From contig CM022665.1 in assembly GCA_012295275.1 (NCBI GenBank), forward strand, positions 27,776,001 through 27,840,000: a stretch of 64,000 bases of DNA, written 5' to 3'. This stretch comes from Chrysomallon squamiferum. Taxonomy: Eukaryota; Animalia; Mollusca. Position 1 is the first letter of the stretch; the number at the start of each line of letters is the position of its first letter. Positions 14,490 to 25,889 of this stretch are shown here, in pieces. The notes below the pieces were generated by a model, which was not told where the DNA came from, searched no databases, and saw only the letters and a program-made list of their open reading frames with translations. Made by a program: the position numbers and the translations under genes.

Positions 14490-14904
14490 TATTTTTTATT
14501 TTTTTATTTATTTATTTTTTTTTTTTATTTATTTTTTTTTTTTTTTTTTTTTTTTCTCTAACATCATGACTGGGGAACCTAGATTCCATTACCACCGATT
14601 TAGTTTACAAAATAATACTAAATCTTCGAAATGAAGTCACATACTCGATAATAAGGTAATACCACAATGTTATATATATAATTATGTGTATACACGTTAT
14701 TTTCGTACAGACGAGCGTTGTGAGCTGTCTATTTATCAGGGTGTCTGTCCAAGCGATGAAAGTGTACCCGATGGTTTTCCAAAGATGAAGTGGTTTTACG
14801 ACGCTGATACGGACGATTGTTTAGAATTGAAGTTTTATGGGTGTGGAGGAAACAGAAACAGGTTTCCAACTAGAGGGCACTGTTTTTCAACATGCAAAAA
14901 CTGA
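14238..14904 (+). CDS. Secreted Kunitz gene K5, join(14238-14292,14711-14904)
   Basis: Signal MKLIVMLMLLGFVTSQTI, donor GTGAAG at 14293 (same as K4). NERCELSIYQGVCPSDESVPDGFPKMKWFYDADTDDCLELKFYGCGGNRNRFPTRGHCFSTCKN*. Confidence 0.9.
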
Positions 14905-14908
14905 TAAT

Positions 14909-14955
<47 letters not shown>

Positions 14956-16645
14956 ATATAATAAATTAGTGAATTAAAGCGTCGATTAAAAAACAAACAT
15001 TGGTAGTTCTTTGTTGTAGAATAAAATTATCATTATTAAAGCTGTTTTTCTAATTACTATCTTTGGTCCTATATTTATTCCGATATTCACACACATCTGT
15101 GTTAAAAATAATAATAAAAGTGAATGAAGTGGTGATTGAATTAAATAAAATAAAATAAAATTAAATTAAATTAAATTAAATTAAATTAAAAAAAATAAAT
15201 GAAATGAAATAAAACAAAACAAAAATGAATATACAGTAGTAATATAAGGGTTCCTGTAATATACAAAATGTATGTAATTGTTATCAAACGTGCCGTGATT
15301 GCATTTAGTTTATCGTTTTGCTTTATGTCCAAAAGTCATACGTGCCAATAGCCACACACCGCTAGATGTTACAGTAGGCTAAGCACACCTATACTTAACT
15401 TGACCGCTTCAGAGCAGAGTAATTAGATGGGCTGTGTTAGTAAGTTACTAATGAAAGCGTGTTTGAATCATGGACTGTTTAAATTCGTAATCACTCCTCC
15501 AGTTGTTTGGAGAAGAAGTTTTATAGTTAATGAATAAATCTAATTAAATAAATGTAACATCTGTGTCTTACTATTTTATATAAAGAGTTGTAAACACTTA
15601 TCTGGCCTGAATATATATATATATTTATATATATATATCTGATCCTGAATATATAATTATGTCCTTTTAGATATTATTTGCAGCAATACGAATCCCTACT
15701 TAGATGGATTAACTACACAGTCACTTATACTTTGTTGTAAGTACAGTCGTACAACTTAGGACTGACCGGTCGACTTTCCGACCGCACGTCTGGCAGTTAG
15801 GGCTACAACTACGTTCAAATTTCTCTATCGACACGGTGCAAGATTATTTTCGTCCTTATTGCAAGATTTGGGAAGAATAAAAAAAAAAAATAATAATAAT
15901 AATAATAATATTAAAAAAATAAATAAACAAACAAAGGAAAAAAGTAAGAACAATTCAGACTAAGCTATATATATTTTGTAAAGAAAACAACCCCACCAGC
16001 TACACAAGTCAGAAAAATCTTTGGCCCGATTTTCAGCACCAGTGATCAGCAAATATTATTTTTTTATTTATAGCAAGTATTAAACACTTTGTAATGCGCA
16101 CTGTGTTTGATTTAAGCTAACTAAAGGGTTATAATAAAGAAAAAGAAAAAAAAAAGATGAAAAAAAAAGGAAAATAGAAGAACATACATAAATCTGAGAT
16201 AAATATACATACAGTAATTTGGATTCTATAAATACAGAAGAACCTGTTTCCAACTGAATAAAATTCGTCGGAACGAAATGTGGTCGTAAACTGAAGACTT
16301 TCTGTATACAAAACGAGGAACGGCGTCAATACCTGAAGAATAATTTAAGTTTCTAAAACGATCTCCAGTAACAGTTTTGATAAATGAAATATTTTAATAT
16401 AATGATCACATTTAAAGGTAAACATTTGTATTCATTCAGTCACAACAGAAATTTCTATTCAATAAAAAAAAATGATTTATACACGAATAAAAGAAATAAA
16501 ATTTTAATATTACAGATCTTTTTTTTGTTTGTTTTTTCTTTCTTTCTTTCTCCTTTTTTGTTTTGTTTATTTTTATTTTATTTGTGTTTATTATATTATA
16601 TTATTATTTTATTTTATTATTATTTTTTGTTTGTTTTTTTACTCT

Positions 16646-16653
16646 TGACGTCA
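16646..16653 (+). promoter_or_regulatory. CRE, K6 promoter
   Basis: TGACGTCA ~170 bp before the ATG, with further ACGT cores downstream. Confidence 0.7.
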
Positions 16654-16818
16654 TCTACGTAATATTATAACGCCATGTTGCAAACGTCATCAGTCAACTT
16701 AGCAACGGTAGATGTTTCTAAACACTGCCGTCATATTTTTATCCAGAATTTTAATTTGAAATAGTTTATTTTTCTCTCATTTTGTTTCTACATTTTGTTT
16801 TATTAATTCATTTTCATT

Positions 16819-17339
16819 ATGAAGATTCTGATCATCCTTATTATCTGCGTATTCGTGTATAAAGCTGAGGGCACCATGGCATACACAAGTAAGAACTTAC
16901 ATAACTTATAACTGTTAACTTTCCTATCAAAAAAAAAAATAAAAAATAAAAGATTTAGTAATGCGTTTTCTTGCTTTATTTTTCAAGCACTCCTTTCTTT
17001 TAAACTTTATATGTAACGGATAAATAATTTAAATATAACTATTACAATATTTAAAAACAAAAGACTTTTGTCTGATGTTTTTTCATTGTTAATCTTCGGA
17101 CGAACTCAGAGAAAGTTTAAGAATCTTTGCAATGGTTTTTGTTCTTGTCTAATCAAGTCTCTCGTGCCTACTGGAGTGAGCCTTACAAGGAAAACTTATG
17201 CAATCCAGTATATCATATTTAAATACTTAATTATGTTTGAAAACTGATTATTATCGAAACAGCAGTAGTGATGAATTTTATTACATAAAGATTGAATTAC
17301 AATAAAAGCTATTAAGATCATGCTAATTAATTATTATTA

Positions 17340-17373
<34 letters not shown>

Positions 17374-17708
17374 ATAAGATAAACCTAATTGTTTTTAATG
17401 ATAGAGATTTATTTTTTAGTAACTCAGATTCTATTATTATTTTTTTTTTTACTACTACTGCTGCTACCTCAACTACAAAAACAACTACTACAACTATATT
17501 ACCTGTGTACTCAGGTCGCCGCTGTGATTTGCCAATACATCAAGGAATTTGTCCAGATGATGACGCAGAAGAGGAGTATCCTGTACGCAAATGGTTTTAC
17601 GATGCGCTGTCTGATATGTGCAAGCTGCTCAAATACTACGGATGTGGAGGAAACGCTAACAGATTCGCCACCAAAGCAGCCTGTGTCCGTTTATGCGTTG
17701 ATGACTAA
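16819..17708 (+). CDS. Secreted Kunitz gene K6, join(16819-16888,17515-17708)
   Basis: Signal MKILIILIICVFVYKAEGTMAYT, GTAAGA donor 16889. SRRCDLPIHQGICPDDDAEEEYPVRKWFYDALSDMCKLLKYYGCGGNANRFATKAACVRLCVDD*. Confidence 0.92.
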
Positions 17709-19059
17709 AATGTTTCCAAACAAACGTAAAAAAATAAAGCGTCCGATTTAAGCTGATTTGTTTGTCGTAATGTTTTCTGATATTTAAACTAATCTAGTCT
17801 TACTTTATTCAACACTGACAATCACAAAAGACAGACAACAATTTTAACAAAATAAATGCATCTTTTAAGATGTGATGTTTGAAGAAGAAGAAGAAGAAGA
17901 ACAATAATACTACTAATAATAATAATGATAAGGATGATGATGATGATGATGACGATAATAATTATAACTGAAAAGGCTATACATAAATAAATTAAAAAAA
18001 ATTAATAAAAGGACTGAAAAAATAAACCTACAGTAACAGACTAACAGGTGTGTTTTTGTTGCATCAGAAAACTTGTTTTGTATCAAACGACGCGTAACCT
18101 TCGTGACCAATTTTTAAAAAATGTTTTAACACGGGCTTAAAATAAAGTCGAGTTCAAGTATGAACAGATAAATCTTTTTAATGGGGAGTGGGAAAGAAAG
18201 TTAATATTCATATAAGCACATGCTGACATTACTTTACAGATATTTTTTACATCAGCAGGCTTTACTTAAATTCACATAGTTGCTTTAGTACGGCTGAAAA
18301 CATTGACCTCTTTTTATTTATTTTATTTTATTTTTATTTTTTTTATTTTTATTTTTATTTTTTTTTTTGCTGTAACTATAATAAAATTTAAAAAAAAAAA
18401 AAACCCAAACAAAACACGACCTTTCTCTAAAAGTTAATTGCAAAAAATAAACACTGCATCTCCAGTGTTGAAGTTTCTTCTTTTTTTTTACTTATAAACT
18501 TTTATTTAAAATTAAAAAGTATTCCATTTTTGACACGTGTTGAAATATGTATTTATTTATAGAATGTTAGAAAGTGAATTAAAAATTATGCAAATTATAT
18601 TTGAAAAAAAATAATTAAAAATTACATAAAGGGCAATTGAAACAAACAAATGAAAAAAAGAAAAAAAAAAGAAAAAGAAAAGAAAAGTGAAAAAAAAGAA
18701 GAAGTGAGACAGAATTTTGCTTGTCCTTTAACATCATGTAAGTACCTACAATTATGTTCACTGAAGCATACTTAGCATTACGTAACTACCTACCAACTTT
18801 GCTACTTATTTATCATAGTCATAGTAGTGAGAAAGAGAAAACCGTAAACACTTTATATCTCTTTTTGACTGCTTGCCAATCCGTTTGTTTGAATTTAAGA
18901 CGTATTGTACATATAACTATATGCAAAGCCCACATGTTAAGAAACAAATAATTTTTTATTTTGTTTAACCCTTGGCATGTTTTAAATATGAAATGGGATA
19001 GTAAGCTTTAAAATATAGGTCTGTCCATAAATATATATAAAGTCAAGGTCACGCGCAGT

Positions 19060-20190
19060 TATATCTGTTATTTAAAAATGGGGAAGATTTGTTTTGTCTT
19101 TTTGTACATTCTTCTAAGGCTTTTGATAATGTTACTCATTCATTTCTTTTAAAAAGTTTTGCTGAAGTTGGAATATGTGGTGAATATTTATTTGGTAATT
19201 TCATCAATATATACTAAACTAAGTGCTTGTGTAACAACACCAAATGGCTTATTAGATTATTTTCACTGTAATATTGGCACTCAATAAGGATGTAAAATGT
19301 TCATTATTTTTTTAAATAGGCTTATAAAAAATACAGAAGAGTGTGGCAGGCAAGGTGTTTTTATGTCAACTGACTGTAAATCAGTACATGCTTTTATGTT
19401 TGCTGATGATGTATCAACAGTTTCTGACAAGCTTTTACAGCGACGAAAGAAAATGAGTGTAGTACAATTGTTTTGTAATCGTGAATTTAAGAAAGACCAA
19501 GGTTATTTTTATTTGAAATCGGGTTTCCCTCAAAAATGTTTTAATGGAAATAGCACTGAGGTTGTCTCATATTATATATATTTAGGTATTACGTTTACAC
19601 CAAAACCTAATATGGACTAAAACTCAAACTTATTTGCAGCATAAGGTAAAAAAAAACTAAAAAACATGATGGCAATGTATATGTGTCAAAGGAAATGTGT
19701 TGATATTGTTTGTGACTATTTATTTAAGATATTTGATTCTATGGTAAGGCCAGTTTTATATTATGGTCTGAAGTACGGGGAACTTGTTACTGTAAAATTA
19801 ATGAAGATGTTAAGATCAAAATAGGTAAATGGTTTTTAAAATTAGGAGAAAACACTAGACTTTAGATGAATGTTTTAGAGCACCTTTATTCACAGTACAT
19901 GGGCTATTAAATACTGTTGTAGGCTATTATAAATGTATCTGATATTTTTTTAATTATAAGCGTTATCAATCACTGTTAAATGTAGAACGTTATCTTAGTT
20001 ATGAAATCCCTGTTTATCTTAAAGTAGGATTTAGATGTAGGAATTTCAGATCTGCGTTTGATCAAGGAAGATGTGACAACAAACACTCTGTCCATATTGC
20101 GCGGATCATGGATTAAGATATACTGAGGATGAATTCTGTATTTGTTTATTATAATGCACTAAGAGATCACTATATTTCCAAATTTATAAA

Positions 20191-20221
<31 letters not shown>

Positions 20222-20300
20222 CATAGAAAAAATAATGCATGCAAATGTTTATAGATATTATGACATCACAAAGTGTGGATGTATTATTTAATGTATGTCT
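19060..20300 (+). mobile_element. Decayed non-LTR retrotransposon (L2/CR1-type reverse transcriptase) fragment
   Basis: Broken RT motifs: F.SKAFD (~19110-19130), NIGT..GC (~19270), FMFADD (ORF 19297-19620), YLGITF, FDSMVRPVLYYG. Many stops and frameshifts. Confidence 0.8.
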
Positions 20301-20884
20301 TTAAATATGAAATATTTAAATATATACCTATTTATCTATATACCTATACTAAAATGTGCAAACATGTGATATTTGTTTTTTAACTGCATTATTTAGTGGT
20401 GTTTTATTACATATTGTTCGGCAACACATTTTATCACCACACCCCCAGTTATAACAATTAACTGTCTGATGAAAAAACGAATTTGTGTATTTAATTACAA
20501 TTAAAAAATAATACAGATAAATAATCAAGAACATTTTTGAATTATTATTTCCCTTTCAAGAGCTCAACAATAACCATCTACATACACACACACACACAAG
20601 TACAGTCATTGTTATTTTAAGCTCTTTTTTTTTTTTTTTTCAATGTTATACTGACTTATGATTGAATTTTCAGACAACTAAGTTGATGTTAATGATGTAA
20701 TATTTAGGGGATACTACAGTGGAGGCTGGACACGTGATCCCGCCGAGCAAGGGACACTATATTTGAAATAAGAATATTGCTACAAGAGGATAAAACAATA
20801 AAAATCACAAAACACCCCAGGAATCACAGCATAAATCAGTTTTTAATTGCAGCACATTTTAATACGTATTAGTTAGATGTACTG

Positions 20885-21409
20885 TAATATATTGACATGA
20901 TATAAATTCATCTAGTTGACAAATCGGTCGACAACGTGACAGTGAATTGAAAGAAAATAGATTAAAGAAGAACTGCCTGAGTGGGTATATATAGCCTGGT
21001 ATCTATATTTAGAAAGCGTGCCCGTCGCAGACGTGCTTCACAACAGCTTGCTCTGATTAGCACGTTAATTTTTTTCCATTCCATTCCATTTAACGCACCT
21101 CTAACAGGCGTAATATATTGACATGATATAAATTCATCTAGTTGACAAATCGGTCGACAACGTGACAGTGAATTGAAAGAAAATAGATGGATGGATGGAT
21201 GGAGAACTCTTTTTACGTGCCCACGTCCAATTCAAGGTTCGGGCACTCCCGAAAATAGATTAAAGAAGAACTGCCTGAGTGGTTATATATAGCCTGGTAT
21301 CTATATTTAAAAAGCGTGCCCGTCGCAGACGTGCTTCACAACAGCTTGCTCTGATCAGCACGTTAATTTTTTCCCATTCCATTCCATTTAACGCACCTCT
21401 AACAGGCGT
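20885..21409. repeat. Tandem duplication of ~226 bp; the second copy carries a 62-bp insertion
   Basis: taatatattgacatgatataaattcatctag...ctaacaggcg occurs at 20885-21110 and again at 21111-21409, near-identical apart from the insert. Confidence 0.92.
21189..21250 (-). mobile_element. 5'-truncated retroposon 3' end with target-site duplication
   Basis: Flanked by GAAAATAGAT at 21179-21188 and 21251-21260. The minus strand shows a GTGCCC...GGGCAC stem-loop followed by a (CATC)n tail. Confidence 0.7.
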
Positions 21410-21829
21410 CCGCCGGGAAAGTACATAAATCTTTCTTGTTTACTACCGGTGCGTAGAATAATAAAAGTCCCGGGACGTGGACATTTCTAATTGCTTTGCG
21501 CTGCAGTAACGAGACGACTTTTTTGTTAACAACGAGATGAGAACCCTGAAGTAGAATGTTAGGAATGTGATTACTGTCCTGGGTAGAATTTGTAATTAGG
21601 TTTCCATTAACTGAGTAGATACCTTAGTGTTTTTGTTTTTTGTTTATTTGCTCGTATTATGCTCTACCAATTTACTGTTTTGGGTAGTAAATTTATCTTT
21701 CTCTTATACTGAGCAGGCACTTGTACATTGGATCTTTTCCCGGTTTAATCTATATAAAGTTTTATATCAAAATGGAAAACTATTTCACATTTAACATTAT
21801 GGCAGCTGCACGAGTTAGAATGTCATTTA

Positions 21830-22143
21830 TCGACCCGTTAAAACACGACATTTGTATTACAACCAGCACAAATTTCGCTTTAAAAGAAAGTGTGAAGAGA
21901 ATATTTACTGGAGATGTTAGCCGAGATTCCACGTTTTAGTGCATTAAGACGATACAACCGCGACAGCGACACAAAACCCTGTCAGTTTAGGATATCAATT
22001 TAGAAGGAAAGAGAACCTGCACCGAGGGAGGAGATCCTTTTCTACACAGAACTGAAGGAGGAAACCTAATACTGATCTTCACAACTGACAAGAACTTGGA
22101 GTTGTTGTGTGACGCAGATGTTGTATTACCAGATGGAACATTT
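21830..22143 (+). mobile_element. MULE (Mutator-like) transposase fragment
   Basis: Ends ...NLILIFTTDKNLELLCDADVVLPDGTF, matching the animal MULE motif around the first catalytic Asp (DGTF). In-frame stops lie upstream. Confidence 0.7.
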
Positions 22144-22276
22144 ATTTATTTATTTATTTATTTATTTATTAGTACTATAATACCCATAACGTAACCAGCG
22201 ATATGAATTCGGATTAACCTCCATCGGTAGAGCCTTTCTAGTGGGATCCATTGGTGTGGGGAATTTTTTGTTGTTG

Positions 22277-22317
<41 letters not shown>

Positions 22318-22324
<7 letters not shown>

Positions 22325-22690
22325 CAGTGGCGGCATTGAAGATGAATTCCATTTTGCATCAGAATGTTTATTTTATAATATTATTATAGTATCATATTTA
22401 AAGAACTATTTGTGTACAAGACCATCTACTTTTAACAAAATCAATCTTTTGTCTTCAAAAAATAAAAATAAACTTTAAGGAATCTTGATAAATATGAAAT
22501 TTAATTTGTAACTACATACATATAGCAACTATCTGGTTATATTTTTATTATCCTAATTCTTACGTTTAATTTTTTTTTTTTTCCTGTGTTTGTATACTGT
22601 AACCTATTACACAACTATTTCTGTTTTATAACTGTATTTTTGTATATTCTGTGTTTATAGTCATGCTGACTTTGGCAAATAAATAACCTG
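22318..22690 (+). mobile_element. LINE 3'-terminal remnant
   Basis: CDSGGIEDEFHFASECLFY resembles the C-terminal EDExHF..C motif of L2/CR1-type ORF2. It is followed by a T-rich 3' UTR and AATAAA. Confidence 0.6.
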
Positions 22691-23675
22691 AACAGCAATT
22701 GAATTGTAGTAATAGTAGCAGTAGTAGTAGTAGCTGCGGTACAGTATCATCTCGTTGTTACGTTTTGACTGCGCACACTGTCATAGATCATCACTGGTAC
22801 ATGTCAGCTTGTCCCGCTAAGTAGACACAATTTTAAAATCGCTGTGGACTTCGCGGGCCATAACCCTCTTAAATAGGGAAAGAAACTAAGCACTCCTTCC
22901 TTCTGAACCCTATATGTTTATTGATACAAGCTTAAAACTCAAGAAATAGCTACTGTAATTACGTCTGTTAAGAGGTCGTCAGGTGTGTCCGCTATGATGA
23001 TTATTAAGAATATTTTTCAGAAATATATTTTTAGATGTGTTTATTGTGTGCATGTATGTCCATTAGTATTTGCGTTTGAAAAAAGAAAAGATAAAATGAT
23101 TCCTGAAGGTTTTCCCATCACTGAGTTCTTTAAACTGACAGTTTATAAATATAAAAGAAGATATGAGACAGCCCATATTATCTGATAGACACGCCCTCTG
23201 ATCTTTACACCAGCTTGCTTTTGATTAGCACGCAACATTTGTTCCTGTGCGTCTGTCCATTTCCTGTGATGGACACGCCTCCTTTGTCATCCTGACAAAA
23301 ACTTGCTGTTGATACCCTTCTTCACTCCCCTACTCGTCCACATGAAGTAAATTGTCAGAGAGACTGACTGATGTTAATCAGTATCGAAATACTAAGAATA
23401 GATGTGAAATGGCTCGATGCGAAACATTTTGTTTGTTGTCGTAGTTCGCGTTATAGAACGTGACTGTTTACTCGAGAACGTGTGTCGGCGTGTTTTTCTT
23501 CTTACCATTCTTAGGACTGTAACTATTAAGAAAGAAAAAAAATAAAGAAAGAAAGAAAGAAATACATTAGTGGATTTAAGAAAATATAAACAAGATGATC
23601 AAGTAAGAACTATTTTGCAATGCTATTAATAACAATATCCATAATTTCAGTAATGACGTTAATCTGTGTTTTGGA

Positions 23676-23707
<32 letters not shown>

Positions 23708-23861
23708 TTTTTTCAGTTTCAGTGGTATTTGTTTCATTTTATTTTAAATTAATTAGTTCTTTATATTTACAGTTACATGGTCTTAATAATAATAATAATA
23801 ATTTACAGTAACTATTCAATAACATATTTGAAAATGTGAACGCACTATATTATTATTATTA

Positions 23862-23901
<40 letters not shown>

Positions 23902-24267
23902 CATTATTATTATTATTATTATTATTTTGTTGTTGTTGTTGATGATGATGTGAAAAAATGACACACTCCAAGGACTGGCCCAAACGGAAGAACAGGTGCT
24001 GTTTGTTTGTTAAGGTATGTTTTTAGCAAAGAGTTAGATAACAAGAACGATGCACTCTGCATGCTGTGCGTCAGATGGCATCGCAAGGGGTACCAGAGTG
24101 TGACTCACATCACACACCCACGGGGTAAACAAAACCCAAACGATAAGGATTAGACCCAGTGTCCGCTAAGCCGTTGTAACGAGGTTCCTTTAATAAGTGA
24201 TTGTGATTTTCTTGTATAAGAATACAACGATGATTACGTTTCTTCTTTCAGCGTCTGGCAAGCAGTG

Positions 24268-24618
24268 ATGAAACGAAAACTTATTTTAATTTTAATACTT
24301 CTTGGGATCACTTCACTTGTCTGGATTATTTTTTCTGTCAAGGAAGTAGAGCCCACAGTGACTCATTTACATGATGACGTTTCAGTCAGAATTACAGTCA
24401 GAAGGAGTGCGTATTTGGACCTCATCAATGATCTAGCAGACGACATGAGAAACGTGAAAGAAATACCGCTAGACGAAGAACCGATAACATTTGCAGAAAA
24501 GCAACACACAAATAACAAACTGAAGGGACAAAAACTAAAAAGGAAGAAGCTGAAAAACATAATGCAACGACAACAAAAAAAACAACAAAAAAACAAAAAC
24601 AAACAAAAAACGTATTAA
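24268..24618 (+). CDS. Orphan exon encoding a type II membrane-protein N-terminus (possibly a truncated gene or pseudogene)
   Basis: A strong pyrimidine tract plus CAG acceptor ends at 24251. MKRK is followed by ~20 hydrophobic aa and a complex stem sequence, then decays into A-rich low complexity after ~24500. Confidence 0.45.
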   Translation: MKRKLILILILLGITSLVWIIFSVKEVEPTVTHLHDDVSVRITVRRSAYLDLINDLADDMRNVKEIPLDEEPITFAEKQHTNNKLKGQKLKRKKLKNIMQRQQKKQQKNKNKQKTY

Positions 24619-24912
24619 TGATTACAAAATATCTGGCACATTAAGACGATTGAGATTCTGATGTTATTTGTATATAAAAGTGGGCATATGTGGTTATATG
24701 ATTTGTTTCACTGTTTGCTGTTGTTTTTATTATCATCATTATTATTCTTTTCATTATTGTGTTTTTTAAATCTTTTTTATGTGAAATGTTTTTTTTTTTT
24801 TTTTTAAATATTTTTTAACTGAAATGTTTTTGTTAATTTTTTTTTTTTTTTTTTTTTTTTTTTCCACTGTAATGGATCTTTTAGTTAATTAATTTATTTC
24901 ATTATTTTTTTA

Positions 24913-24945
<33 letters not shown>

Positions 24946-25889
24946 ATCATCTAATTTAACTCACCCGCGAAAAAAGGATTTTTGGTTTTGGATAATTTTG
25001 CCTTACTCTCACTTGTGTATATATTTATAATATGATTCATTTTGTTTTATTTAAAACTTTATCATTTATTTTTATTTCATTGATTTATCTCTATCGCATT
25101 AATTTGTCGATGTTTTATCTGATTTGATTCTCGACATTTCATCCATTTTTGTCGAAGTTTTATCCGTTTTTCTCCAGCCAGTTAATTATTCGGTTTTACG
25201 GTCTCTATGTCGGTGAGTGTTTCAATAATTTATTTCCATAACCACCACTCATTTTTAGTTTCTAATATTGATATGTATTAACGTAATATATAAGCCTATA
25301 TTATTAAGAATAAGATTACAAAATAGACTTTAAAGAATATGCAATACTTCACATAAAAATGAACTATAATAATTTTGATCTTTTGTAAATAATAATATTT
25401 ACAAAATGGACTTTAAAAAACTTCATACAGAAATGACAAATAATAATTTATATTTAAAAAAAAAAAAAAAATTTTTTTTTTACAAAATGCACCTTGAAGT
25501 ATATAGTATTCAGAAATGAAATATATTTATATATATATATATATCTACATACATAGATATATAAAATACATTTCATTAAAGTCTCAGGACTGTGAAATGT
25601 AAAATATATAACAGCTCTCTTGAGATTCAATGATCGTGACTTACGACCATCTGTTTAGAGAGTAAATCAACCTGTAAAGGTATTTTTAGTTCAGAACAAG
25701 TTTAGAAAATAGAGGTAATTAGTGTAAGTAGTATTGAAAAGGAATGAGTGTTTGTATGTGTGTCGGTATGTTAACAAGTACAGAAAATGACGTGTAAAGT
25801 TTGGCTTTATATATAATATTATATAATTGTATTCACACAGACACACATATACATACAAACATACATACATACATATACATACATACATA

